Of a DNA stretch of 64,000 nucleotides, positions 9,070-18,024 are shown in pieces. The stretch comes from Thermomicrobiales bacterium (GTDB lineage: Bacteria; Chloroflexota; Chloroflexia; Thermomicrobiales; UBA6265): contig JAWKPF010000013.1 in NCBI GenBank assembly GCA_041390825.1, forward strand, positions 67,949 through 131,948, read 5' to 3'. The notes beneath the pieces were generated by a model. The model had not been told where the DNA came from and made no database searches. It saw only the letters and a program-made list of their open reading frames with translations. Made by a program: the position numbers and the translations under genes. Position 1 is the stretch's first letter. Every line of letters starts with the position of its first letter.

Positions 9070-10701
9070 TCACCTCCCATTGGAGCCCACAAGCGCCCAA
9101 AGCGTGGCGGCGATGGCCGTGCTGTCTTCGAGCGAGGTGCCAATGTAAAGCGCGCCGTTGACGACGATTGGGGACGCGGCAACCTGACCGGTGAGCTCGA
9201 GTTGCTCACTCCAGAGCACGGAGCCATCGACTGCCGAGAGCGCCGTCACACCAAATTCGGTATCGACGACATAGACCGTGGTTCCCACGACGACCGGAGA
9301 ACCGTTCACACTTGCATGCTCGGTGCTCGCTTGCCACAGCACCTGACCGGAAGCGCCATCGAGGCAGATGACCATGCCAGACGCAGCAACTACGTACACC
9401 CGTCCACCCGACACAGCCGGAGAGGAGTTCAGTGGCAGATCTGTGTCGATCGGCGTTCGCCAAAGTTCTTCACCCGAGATGAGATCGAGTGCGTAGATCG
9501 TGCCGTCGAGCGTGCTTCCGGCATAGACAGATCGGCCGGTAATGGCGGGTCCGGATTCGAGCGATGGCATGGCGAACTGCCATCGCGCCGCACCGCTCTC
9601 CATGTCGAAGGCAACGAGCTCTGGTTGTCCAGCGCGATCGTCACCGGCATGCCAGCGTTCCTCGCCGGAACGCCGGTCGAGGGCATAGAGCGTGAACCCG
9701 TCCGCGGGTTGTCCCACCAGGCCGCTGCCAACGACGACCGTGTTCTCCTGGACGGCCACATGGATCGGAGACTGGTACGAGGTTGTCGCGATGATGACCA
9801 GATCGCCGATCACCACCGGTTCCGAGGTCCAGCCGGTTTGCAGGTCGCGCCGCCAGTGCTCCTCGCCGGTTTGGGCATCGAGGGCATAGACGACTCCCCC
9901 TGCATCGCCGGCATAGACGATTCCCCCCGCAACGGCTGGGGCCGCACCCGTCGGATGCTCGGTCGGGAATTGCCAGCGTTCGGCGCCAGTCGTGGCGTCG
10001 ATGGCAATGATGGCGCCCTGATCTGCGGTGGCGCCGATGGGGTCCGACCAGTTGGTTACGAAGAGGCTGTCGCCGACCACCACTGGGGCGCTGATGCCGT
10101 CCCGGCCCGCTACGAAACTCCAGCGCACCGTCAAATCGCCTGTAACCTCAGGGCCGGGCATGACCCCGCTTCGCGCGGCGTTGCCGCGATCCATCGGCAC
10201 GTCGAGCGCCGACGAGGGCGCCAGGATGACACGTGTGGGTTCTGGCCCCGCGTGGCGTTCGACCACGTGATAGATCGTCATCAGTGAAACGACGATCAGC
10301 GCCGCAGCCACCAGCGATGCCAGCACCCACTGCCGGGCGCCTCCGTGTTGGTCGAGCCGGAGCGATTGCCTGGATACCGTGCGCGGAGAACCGATGCCGT
10401 TGCGCTGAGAGCCGCCCGAATCACGCGGTAGGGGGACCAGCGTTCCACGGGATACCGCGTTCGGGGCCGAGACTGCGCCCACGGAGTTCAGAAATTGCGT
10501 TTCGAAGGTGCGGGAGAACTCCGCGGCCGCCGGCTGCGCGTCATCGAATCGCTCGAGCCACGCGATGGTCTGCGCCAGCGTTGGGTCGATGTCCCTATCC
10601 GCATTCGGGCGCCCGATCCCCAGGTTGCCGGTCACGAGGTCGTCCCAGTAGCGCGCAACGCGATTCGATTCCGATTCCGATACCGGCTTATCTCTCCACA
10701 T
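9070..10701 (-). CDS. putative anti-sigma factor with one TM helix and an extracytoplasmic PQQ-like (BamB-like) beta-propeller
   Basis: 543-aa ORF overlapping the sigma-factor stop by 14 nt. Layout is a cytoplasmic N-terminus, TM segment WVLASLVAAALIVVSLMTIY, then repeated motifs (G.VYA.D..G.V.ALD...G...W) typical of PQQ-repeat propellers. Confidence 0.7.
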   Translation of the reverse strand: MWRDKPVSESESNRVARYWDDLVTGNLGIGRPNADRDIDPTLAQTIAWLERFDDAQPAAAEFSRTFETQFLNSVGAVSAPNAVSRGTLVPLPRDSGGSQRNGIGSPRTVSRQSLRLDQHGGARQWVLASLVAAALIVVSLMTIYHVVERHAGPEPTRVILAPSSALDVPMDRGNAARSGVMPGPEVTGDLTVRWSFVAGRDGISAPVVVGDSLFVTNWSDPIGATADQGAIIAIDATTGAERWQFPTEHPTGAAPAVAGGIVYAGDAGGVVYALDAQTGEEHWRRDLQTGWTSEPVVIGDLVIIATTSYQSPIHVAVQENTVVVGSGLVGQPADGFTLYALDRRSGEERWHAGDDRAGQPELVAFDMESGAARWQFAMPSLESGPAITGRSVYAGSTLDGTIYALDLISGEELWRTPIDTDLPLNSSPAVSGGRVYVVAASGMVICLDGASGQVLWQASTEHASVNGSPVVVGTTVYVVDTEFGVTALSAVDGSVLWSEQLELTGQVAASPIVVNGALYIGTSLEDSTAIAATLWALVGSNGR

Positions 10702-11293
10702 GACCTGATCCTTTGGCGGAGTCGATACCCGCGAGTGTTCTGAGCTGAAGCAGCGCCCGGTATTGCGCTGCTCTGATCGCCTGGTGGCTCTTGCCCAGAA
10801 TGCTGGCGATTTCCTTGTCGGTCAGTCCTTGCAACCGAAGTTCCACGACCTCGCGTTGCAGATCGGGCAGCTTGTCGAGTAGCTCGGTGACCCGCAACAT
10901 CTCGGTGGCTGCGATCGCCTGGTCTTCGGGCGATGCTGCTTCGTCGGCAATCTCCTCGGCCCAGTCGATCGAGGCAGACTGTTTGGATGACCGGTAGGCG
11001 TCGACGATGACGTTGTGCGCGATGGTGAAGAGCCAGGAGTGGAAGCGATCCCGGTCCTTGCACGACTTCAGATTGGCGAAGGCCCGCATGAAGGTGGTTT
11101 GCGCGGCATCCTCGGCGGATTCGCGGTTACCGAGGCAGCGATGGCAGTAGCGGTGAACGGGATCCCGGTACCGCTGGAAGATCTCGAGGAACGCCGCTGG
11201 TTCGGCCAATGCCCGCTCGACCAGCTGACGGTCCGTCATTTCGGCATCTCGAGGGCGATCGATGGCCATCGTCCGTGCCTGCAGCGTGCTCAC
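10688..11293 (-). CDS. ECF-type RNA polymerase sigma-70 factor
   Basis: 201-aa ORF. Region 2 (VHRYCHRCLGNRESAEDAAQTTFMRAF) and region 4 HTH (LPDLQREVVELRLQGLTDKEIASILGKSHQAIRAAQYRAL) are recognisable. Confidence 0.9.
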   Translation of the reverse strand: MSTLQARTMAIDRPRDAEMTDRQLVERALAEPAAFLEIFQRYRDPVHRYCHRCLGNRESAEDAAQTTFMRAFANLKSCKDRDRFHSWLFTIAHNVIVDAYRSSKQSASIDWAEEIADEAASPEDQAIAATEMLRVTELLDKLPDLQREVVELRLQGLTDKEIASILGKSHQAIRAAQYRALLQLRTLAGIDSAKGSGHVER

Positions 11294-11304
11294 CCGAGTG
11301 CTCC

Positions 11305-11333
11305 GAGACTGCTACCAGATACATACCGTTCAC
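11305..11333 (-). promoter_or_regulatory. candidate ECF-type promoter (GTGAAC-N18-GTCTC) upstream of the sigma gene
   Basis: The minus strand reads TGTGAACGGTATGTATCTGGTAGCAGTCTCGGAGCACTCGGGTG, with GTG as the start codon. It resembles the GAAC...GTC ECF promoter architecture, but it would leave almost no leader. Confidence 0.2.
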
Positions 11334-11374
11334 AGGGATAGACTGCAAGCGCTCCGATTTGTGACGCAGGGGAA

Positions 11375-11403
11375 GCAGGCAGCACGCGGCAGGCAGCACG
11401 CAG
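11375..11403. repeat. heptanucleotide tandem tract (GCAGGCA/GCACGCG type, ~4 units)
   Basis: gcaggca gcacgcg gcaggca gcacgca, read directly from the sequence. Confidence 0.8.
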
Positions 11404-11432
11404 AACGAGCCGGCAGCCGCGTTCGTCTCCCT

Positions 11433-11474
11433 GGACTCCGGGCCCCGGACTCCGGACTCTCGACTCTGGCCTCT
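11433..11474. repeat. heptanucleotide tandem tract (GGACTCC type, 6 units)
   Basis: ggactcc gggcccc ggactcc ggactct cgactct ggcctct. The tract ends 3 nt from the ABC-2 permease stop codon. Confidence 0.85.
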
Positions 11475-11477
11475 CCC

Positions 11478-12548
11478 CTACACCGAGCGGGCGTCCCAGC
11501 GGAAGAAGCGGATCGCGATGAGGACCGAGACCAGGGCGGTGGCGCCGAGGATGACCCAATCCATCCAGATGGCGTCCAGCCCCTTGCCGCGGGTCATGAC
11601 TTCGCGCAGCGCATCGACCAGATAGCGCAATGGGAGCAGCTTGGTGATCGGAGCCAGCCAACTCGGGGCGGAATCGATATCGAAGAAGACCCCGGAGAGG
11701 AAGAGCATCGGGAAGGTGATCAGATTGGAGTAGCTGGCCGCAGCTTCGACATTGGGCGCGATGCTGGAAACGGCGAAGCCAATGGCCAGGAAGGCAAGCG
11801 AACCAATGAAGATCGACAGGACCACCAGCAGGATGCTCCCCTGGATATCGACATCGAACAGGAAATGTGAGATCAGATAGAGGATCAGCGCCTGGGGCAC
11901 CGCGACGATGAGTTGGGAGATGACCCGGGCGGTGATGAAACTGGAAAGCGGGAAAGGCGTGATCTTGATCCGGCGCAGGATGCCCCGCTCGCGGAAGGTG
12001 ACGAACGAGGTCGAAAGCCCGATCACGCCGGCGTTCATGATCGACATCGCCAGGATGCCCGGGAGCAGAAAGTCCATATAGGAGATGTCGAGCGTTTCGA
12101 CCGGTTGCGCTTCGATGGTGACCGGACTGGGACCCTGCGCCATCGAGTTCAGCACCTGGGTGATGGCGTTGATCGAGATTTGCGCGTTCGGCCCGGCGGC
12201 TTCGTCGTAATAGAGCTGGACGGTCGGAAAGCCGCCGCCTGCAGGTTCGTCGCCAAAGACGAGCACGACATCGCGGTTGCCGTCTTTGAGCTCATCCAGC
12301 TCGTCTTGCGTGTCTTCGCTGGTGGTAACCGAAAAGATATCGGTGTGTGACAGAGCCTGCGCGACCGCGGAATGGAACTCAGACGGGGCGCCGGTGAGCC
12401 CAACATCGGAGTTGAACTGATCGTTGTTGAAGACCGTGCCGAAGACCAGGATGAAGATAACCGGGAAGACGAGATTCCAGAAGAGCGCGGTGCGGTTGCG
12501 CACCGTCATCTTCAGGAACGACGTGATCATGGAAAGAAACGAGGTCAT
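11478..12548 (-). CDS. ABC-2 type transporter permease
   Basis: 356-aa ORF with a large first external loop followed by 5-6 hydrophobic helices. It lies immediately downstream of the ATPase gene (start codon 12546-12548, directly adjacent to the ATPase stop codon 12549-12551). Confidence 0.85.
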   Translation of the reverse strand: MTSFLSMITSFLKMTVRNRTALFWNLVFPVIFILVFGTVFNNDQFNSDVGLTGAPSEFHSAVAQALSHTDIFSVTTSEDTQDELDELKDGNRDVVLVFGDEPAGGGFPTVQLYYDEAAGPNAQISINAITQVLNSMAQGPSPVTIEAQPVETLDISYMDFLLPGILAMSIMNAGVIGLSTSFVTFRERGILRRIKITPFPLSSFITARVISQLIVAVPQALILYLISHFLFDVDIQGSILLVVLSIFIGSLAFLAIGFAVSSIAPNVEAAASYSNLITFPMLFLSGVFFDIDSAPSWLAPITKLLPLRYLVDALREVMTRGKGLDAIWMDWVILGATALVSVLIAIRFFRWDARSV

Positions 12549-13583
12549 CTACGCCGCCTTTCTCCGTTGCCAGAAGCGGCGTTTGGGTTCGGTGTCATCG
12601 ACATCGGTTTGCTCGGCCTCGGGTTCGAACGTGCGGCCGGTGAGCGTCAAGAAGACATCTTCCAGCGATGCCTGGTTGCTGCGGAGCTCGGTGAGCTCGA
12701 CATGGTTGGCGCGGGCGGCTTCCAGGAGACCGATCAGGGTGAGCTGCGGGTTGTCGCTGCGGAGCTCGAGCTGATCGCCATTGACCGACACATCGCGGGA
12801 ACCGGGGATCTCCCGTAGTTGGCGCTCATCGAGCGCACCGTCCCGCATGCGGGCGGAGATGGTGGCCTCGACATCGATTGCCTCGATGAGGCCAACCGGC
12901 GTATCGAGCGCGATGATCTTGCCGCGGTCCATGACTGCAATCCGGTCGCAGAGGATTTCCGCCTCTTCCATGTAGTGCGTCGTAAGCACGACCGTGGAAC
13001 CCTGGTCGCGCACGTCGCGCACGGTTTGCCAGAGCTCACGGCGCGCGCCGGGATCGAGCCCGGTGGTTGGTTCGTCGAGGAAGACCACCACCGGATCGTT
13101 GACCAGCCCAAGCGCGATCGAGAGGCGTTGCTGCTGGCCACCGGAGAGCTGATTGGCCTGAGCGTTGCGCTTGTCGAGCAGGCCGACCATGCCGAGCAAG
13201 TGTTCCACCCGCGCGGGTGAGGAATCGACGCTGTAGAGATCGGCGAAGAGCTTGATCAGCTCGGAGGCGGTCAGATAGTCGAAGAGCGCGGTGGTTTGCA
13301 GTTGTACGCCAATGGCGCGGCGGACCTCTTCGGTTTGGCTCCGCGTGTCATACCCGGCGACCATGATGGTGCCGGCGTCGGGTTGGCGCAGGCCCTCGAT
13401 CATCTCGAGGGTGGTGGTCTTGCCAGCGCCGTTCGGTCCGAGGATGCCGAAGATTTCGCCCGACAGGACGGTGAGATCGACGCCATTCACGGCGGCCAGC
13501 GTTCCGTAGCGCTTGACGAGGCCGTTGGCTTCGATGATCGGCTGACCGGCCGGAATGTGGACGGATTGGGTCACCCTGGACAT
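12549..13583 (-). CDS. ABC transporter ATP-binding protein (DrrA-like exporter ATPase)
   Basis: ORF 12549..13631. ATG at 13581-13583 follows GGAAGG. Walker A GPNGAGKTT, signature LSGGQQQRLS and Walker B VVFLDEPTTGLD are present. Confidence 0.9.
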   Translation of the reverse strand: MSRVTQSVHIPAGQPIIEANGLVKRYGTLAAVNGVDLTVLSGEIFGILGPNGAGKTTTLEMIEGLRQPDAGTIMVAGYDTRSQTEEVRRAIGVQLQTTALFDYLTASELIKLFADLYSVDSSPARVEHLLGMVGLLDKRNAQANQLSGGQQQRLSIALGLVNDPVVVFLDEPTTGLDPGARRELWQTVRDVRDQGSTVVLTTHYMEEAEILCDRIAVMDRGKIIALDTPVGLIEAIDVEATISARMRDGALDERQLREIPGSRDVSVNGDQLELRSDNPQLTLIGLLEAARANHVELTELRSNQASLEDVFLTLTGRTFEPEAEQTDVDDTEPKRRFWQRRKAA

Positions 13584-13700
13584 GAATTCGCCTTCCGTGT
13601 CGACGCGGCAGTGCGTACCGGATCGCTCCATCGACCGCCAACGATACCGTCTTTGGCGTGATGCGACAGGATACGATCAGGAGAGCGCCAGGAGGATGAT

Positions 13701-13964
13701 ATGGCGAGAGCATCGAGACGGTTGGTGCAGGAACGGGATGGATACCGGTGCACGATCTGCGGCAGCCACGAGCAACTGGAGGTGCATCACATCGTGCCGC
13801 GGCGGTTGGGCGGTTCGAACGATCCGGAGAATTTGGTCACGGTGTGCGCGGCGTGTCATCGGCGCATGGACCGGGAATCGTTGGAGCGGGATGGGAGCGG
13901 GCACGGCGCTCCGTGGGAGGCTGGGTTGCGGGGGACGAGAGATTCCTCGGCAAGCTCGGAATGA
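13701..13964 (+). CDS. small stand-alone HNH endonuclease
   Basis: 87-aa ORF with CTICGS...LEVHHIVPRRLGGSNDPENLVTVCAACH (a Cys4 plus HNH motif). The last ~5 codons run into the 23-nt tandem repeat. Confidence 0.7.
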   Translation: MARASRRLVQERDGYRCTICGSHEQLEVHHIVPRRLGGSNDPENLVTVCAACHRRMDRESLERDGSGHGAPWEAGLRGTRDSSASSE

Positions 13965-14063
13965 CGGGGGCGGCAAACTCGGAATGACGGGGGCGGCAAG
14001 CTCGGAATGACGGGAGGGGGTGTGCGCGGCATGACGGGGCGGCAGGCTCGGAATGACGGAGGG
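13949..14063. repeat. tandem repeat, 5 x 23 nt (CGGCAAGCTCGGAATGACGGGGG)
   Basis: Units start at 13949, 13972, 13995, 14018 (degenerate) and 14041. They are preceded by GAGAGATTCCTCGG, so the first unit completes a GAGAGATTCCTCGGCAAGCTCGGAATGAC element of the family also seen at 20163-20273 and 21901-21947. Confidence 0.85.
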
Positions 14064-14335
14064 AGGATGCACAGATATACGTAGTGATTGTCGCGAACGA
14101 GACAGGGAATACGTGTTTTTGCCGATGGTGGGCAGGGGTGAACGGGCGCATGATGTGATCAGTGGGGAGAGGAACGTCTCTCGGCGGGCAGCCGGCCCAG
14201 GACGGTGATCGAAAGGAGCCGATACGAAAGAGGATCGACACAGTTAGGGGATGCCCCCGTGTAATTGGCAGATGGGGACGGCCGGATGTGGTACGGCTCG
14301 GGCCCCGAGATAAGTCGTAATGGAAGGATAGTGAC

Positions 14336-16579
14336 TTGAATACAGCACGGTTTTCTACGGCGGGGTTGGCCCGCCTGAGCGCTCGGCGGCCCTGGCGCAC
14401 GATTGGTCTGTGGTTGTTGGTCCTGGTGTTGGCCGGTATGTCCGCGTCGACATTGAATGACGCACTCACGACCGAACAGGGATTCCTGAACAATCCGGAA
14501 TCGCAGCGCGGTAAGGAGCTACTGGAAGAGCGCCTGCGCGGCGAGCAGCCGATTACCGAGACGATTGTGATTCGCTCGGAGCGCCTGACGGTCGATGATG
14601 CGGCCTTCCAGGCCAAGGTCGACGGTCTGGTGAGCGCGCTCGCCGCAACTCCGGAGCTGACCAGCTCGGTGGTTTCGTACTACTCGACCGAGAATGCGGC
14701 GCTGGTTTCCGAGGACCGGCATTCGACCATCGTTTCGGTGGTCATGAACGGCAACCTGGACGAGGCGATTGCCCGTGTGCCTGACTACCAGGCTGCGCTC
14801 GCGAGCGCTCAGAAGGATGGCGACTTCCAGATCTACTCGGTGGGCGATGCGACGATCAGCGAAACGTTCGAGCGCATCTCCGAGGAAGACCTGGCGAAGG
14901 GCGAGACGATTGGCCTGCCAGTTGCGATCCTGATTCTGATCGTGCTGTTCGGCGCGTTGGTTGCGGCTGGATTGCCAGTGATCGTCGGGTTCGTTTCCAT
15001 CTTCATCGCCATGGGGCTTTCGGCCCTGGTGGGCAAGACAACCGATCTGTCGTTCTTTGTCGTCAACATGATCTTCATGATCGGTTTGGCGGTTGGGATC
15101 GACTATGCGCTCTTCATCATCTCCCGCTTCCGCGAGGAGCGCGCCAAGGGTGTGGCGAAGCTCGATGCCATCGCCATCACCGGTGGAACGGCCAACAAGG
15201 CAGTGCTCTTCTCGGGTGGCACCGTGGTGCTGGCGCTTTCGGGCATGTTCCTGGTGCCGGAACTGACCTTCCGCAGCCTGGGCATTGGCGCGGTGCTGGT
15301 GGTGGTCGTGGCGGTGGCCGCGAGTCTCACCCTGCTGCCGGCGATGTTGGCGCTGTTGGGTGACAAGATCAACTGGCCGCGCCTGGGCCGCAAGCAGACG
15401 GTGACGGCCGATCCGCATCTGGTGACCTACAAGGGGTTCTGGGGCCGCGTGACCAAGCGCGTGATGGCGCATCCGGTGATCGCGCTGGTGCTTTCGGTCG
15501 GGTTGTTGCTCGCCTTCGCGCTGCCGATGATCGACATGCAGCGTGGTTCCTCCGGGGTCTCCAGTCTGCCGCAGAACACCGAGGCCGCGGCCGCTTACGC
15601 GCTGCTGGAGCGCGATTTCCCGGCCGGCATGATTGCCCCGGTGGAGATCGTGATCGATGGATCGTCCACCGATAGCGAGGTCGAGGCTGGTGTCGCAAAC
15701 CTGCTGACCGCGTTGGAGAGCGATGAGCGCTTTGGACCGGCAGCAGTGCACCCGAACACGCTGGGCACACTGACGCTGGTTTCGGTGCCCCTGACGCTGG
15801 AGCCGGACAGCCCGCTCGCGTATGAGACGATCGAGGATCTGCGCGAGCAGATCGTGCCGCCGGCCTTTGCGGGCGCGCCGGCCGAGGTGCTGGTGGCGGG
15901 TCAGGTGGCGCTGACGCAGGACATGAACTCGCTTGCCGAGGACTACCTGCCGATCGTGATCGCCTTCGTGCTGGCGCTGAGCTTCATCCTGCTGACGGTG
16001 GCGTTCCGCTCGATCGTGGTGCCGGTCAAGGCGCTGATCATGAACCTGCTGAGCGTGGGCGCGGCGTATGGCTTGATCGTGCTGGTCTTCCAGAAGGGCT
16101 ATGGCGCGGACCTCTTCGGTTTCCAGACGGTGCCGATGATCGAAAGCTGGTTGCCGCTCTTCCTCTTCTCGATTCTCTTCGGGTTGAGCATGGACTATCA
16201 CGTCTTCCTGCTGAGCCGCATCCGGGAGCACTACGACCTGACGAAGGACAACAAAGAGTCGGTGGCCTTCGGTCTGCAATCGACCGCCAAGCTGATCACT
16301 GGCGCGGCGCTCATCATGGTGGTGGTCTTCGCCGGGTTTGCGGCAGGCCGGTTGGTGATGCTGCAGCAGGTCGGATTCGGCCTGGCGGTGGCGATCCTGA
16401 TCGATGCGACGATCGTGCGCTCGATTCTGGTGCCGAGCAGCATGGTGTTGCTGGGTGACCGCAACTGGTACTTCCCGACGTGGCTCGGCTGGTTGCCGCA
16501 TGTCACGATCGAGGGTCATATGCCCTCGCTGCCGGCTGCGCCAGTCTTCGCTGCGACGAGCACCAGCGGCGACGACTAG
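14336..16579 (+). CDS. MMPL-family (RND superfamily) membrane transporter
   Basis: 747-aa ORF with a TTG start after GGAAGGA. It has two 6-TM bundles with large loops and duplicated MMPL-type motifs (GIDYALFIISRFREE, GLSMDYHVFLLSRIRE). Confidence 0.9.
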   Translation: MNTARFSTAGLARLSARRPWRTIGLWLLVLVLAGMSASTLNDALTTEQGFLNNPESQRGKELLEERLRGEQPITETIVIRSERLTVDDAAFQAKVDGLVSALAATPELTSSVVSYYSTENAALVSEDRHSTIVSVVMNGNLDEAIARVPDYQAALASAQKDGDFQIYSVGDATISETFERISEEDLAKGETIGLPVAILILIVLFGALVAAGLPVIVGFVSIFIAMGLSALVGKTTDLSFFVVNMIFMIGLAVGIDYALFIISRFREERAKGVAKLDAIAITGGTANKAVLFSGGTVVLALSGMFLVPELTFRSLGIGAVLVVVVAVAASLTLLPAMLALLGDKINWPRLGRKQTVTADPHLVTYKGFWGRVTKRVMAHPVIALVLSVGLLLAFALPMIDMQRGSSGVSSLPQNTEAAAAYALLERDFPAGMIAPVEIVIDGSSTDSEVEAGVANLLTALESDERFGPAAVHPNTLGTLTLVSVPLTLEPDSPLAYETIEDLREQIVPPAFAGAPAEVLVAGQVALTQDMNSLAEDYLPIVIAFVLALSFILLTVAFRSIVVPVKALIMNLLSVGAAYGLIVLVFQKGYGADLFGFQTVPMIESWLPLFLFSILFGLSMDYHVFLLSRIREHYDLTKDNKESVAFGLQSTAKLITGAALIMVVVFAGFAAGRLVMLQQVGFGLAVAILIDATIVRSILVPSSMVLLGDRNWYFPTWLGWLPHVTIEGHMPSLPAAPVFAATSTSGDD

Positions 16580-16616
16580 GGACGAACCGAGGGTTCGCAC
16601 CCTGCGTATCGAGACG

Positions 16617-16656
16617 CCCCCCTTCTTCTCCTTGTTGGAGAGGAAGGGGGTTTCGT
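16617..16656 (+). terminator. intrinsic terminator after the MMPL gene
   Basis: CCCCCCTTCTTCTCC-TTGTT-GGAGAGGAAGGGGG followed by TTT. Confidence 0.75.
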
Positions 16657-16794
16657 GTGTTCGATGGCAAGAATCTGCATAGTTTCGCGCATGATACCGG
16701 TACCATGCCGTGATAGGATGGAGCCGACGGTCTGCTTTGGGTGGGACTCGTAGGTTCATACGCTGACGACGTGTCGATAGCGGAGGATAGGTGC

Positions 16795-17889
16795 ATGGAT
16801 TCACAACGGTTCGATCGAATATCACGCTCGTTTGCCGCGCGGACGACGCGGCGGCAGGCGATGCGTCAGGTTGGCGCCGGGGGTGTGCTCGGCGGGGTCG
16901 CTCTCGCGCTGGGCGCGAAGCAGTTGCAGGCGCAGGGTCCTGTGCAGACGTGCTCGTTGCCGATCATTGCCGAGGTGTATGTGGGACCGTGGCTGGGAAC
17001 GGTCTATCAGGGTACGCTGTCGCTCGATATCGGCGCGACTGGCGCGATCGACAGCGGCTCGTTCGACACGCTCGATGGACAGCACTATGCGGTGGTGGGG
17101 CATGCCGCGGGACGTGGGCTGGATGCGCGCGTCGACCTGGGGAACCAGCAGCTCCTGACGTTGACGGGCACAGCCGAGAACGCTTTCGAACTCTGCCAGG
17201 GCGCGGCGGCCGGGTCGTTCATGGGGCCCGAAATGGGCAACATGGGAACCTGGATCACGGTCGATGGGATGACGCTGGTGGGTTCGGGCGGTCCGGGGAT
17301 TACTCCCTCGGGGACGCAAACCCCGACGCCGAACCCATGCGCGGCCGTGTCGTGCCTCGAACCGCAAGTTCCCAGCGCGGATACCTGCGAGTGTGTCTGC
17401 CCGGGCGGCGAGCTGGTCTGCGGTGGCGCCTGTTGTGGAGCAGGCCAGGAATGCGCCGATCCCACCACGAGCACCTGCCAGTGCATCGCAGGAATGCAGC
17501 CATGCGGCGATCAATGCATCGGGCTTTGCAGCGAGATCGAGTATCTCGATGAGATCTCGTGCCTGTGCGTGCCCTACTGCCCGGATGCGAATTGCACCCC
17601 GGGACAAACGTTGAACATGGAAACGTGCGAGTGCGAGGATCTGCCGCTATGCCCGGGCGGAACCGTGGCGTGCGGAAGCATTTGCGCCGATCTGGAGAAC
17701 GATCCGGAACATTGCGGATCGTGCGATCACCAGTGCCCGTGGATGCCAACCGCGGACGATCAGTTGCTGCCGTCGCTCTGCGTGGCAGGCGATTGCTGCC
17801 TGGATACCGATCATCTCTGCGCGGCAGATGGCGATTGCTGCTCGGGGTCGTGCGACTTCATCTCGGGCGGCTTGCAGGTTTGCGCGTAG
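16795..17889 (+). CDS. Tat-signal secreted protein with a highly Cys-rich C-terminal half
   Basis: ORF 16741..17889. ATG 16795 follows GGAGGA. Has twin-arginine motif ARTTRRQAMRQVGAGG. I counted 34 Cys in the last ~185 aa, including the motif DPEHCGSCDHQC. Confidence 0.8.
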   Translation: MDSQRFDRISRSFAARTTRRQAMRQVGAGGVLGGVALALGAKQLQAQGPVQTCSLPIIAEVYVGPWLGTVYQGTLSLDIGATGAIDSGSFDTLDGQHYAVVGHAAGRGLDARVDLGNQQLLTLTGTAENAFELCQGAAAGSFMGPEMGNMGTWITVDGMTLVGSGGPGITPSGTQTPTPNPCAAVSCLEPQVPSADTCECVCPGGELVCGGACCGAGQECADPTTSTCQCIAGMQPCGDQCIGLCSEIEYLDEISCLCVPYCPDANCTPGQTLNMETCECEDLPLCPGGTVACGSICADLENDPEHCGSCDHQCPWMPTADDQLLPSLCVAGDCCLDTDHLCAADGDCCSGSCDFISGGLQVCA

Positions 17890-17979
17890 GGTTTCGCGCG
17901 TTGCCGGGCTCCCCAGGTCGGAACCAGGGGCTCACAGCACGAAGCCTCTCCGAGGCTGAGTACGACGATCGAAGCATGC

Positions 17980-18008
17980 AAAACCGCCGGCCATGTGCCG
18001 GCGGTTTT
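17980..18008. terminator. bidirectional hairpin terminator
   Basis: AAAACCGCCGGC-CATGT-GCCGGCGGTTTT, so there are T/A tracts on both sides. Confidence 0.7.
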
Positions 18009-18024
18009 CTGCGGTGACGAGCTA

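Noticed and set aside
13701-13964. HNH endonuclease as part of a defence or restriction system
   Set aside because: It is a lone 87-aa HNH protein. No adjacent methylase, helicase, ATPase or other partner gene is present. The neighbours are an ABC exporter and an MMPL transporter.
13677-14072. ORFs 13677..14072(-), 13748..13987(+) and 21641..22012(-) as genes
   Set aside because: They are composed largely of the GTCATYCYGAGC-family and 23-nt tandem repeats (VIPSLPP / VILSRSEGSL peptides). They have no start context or domain content.
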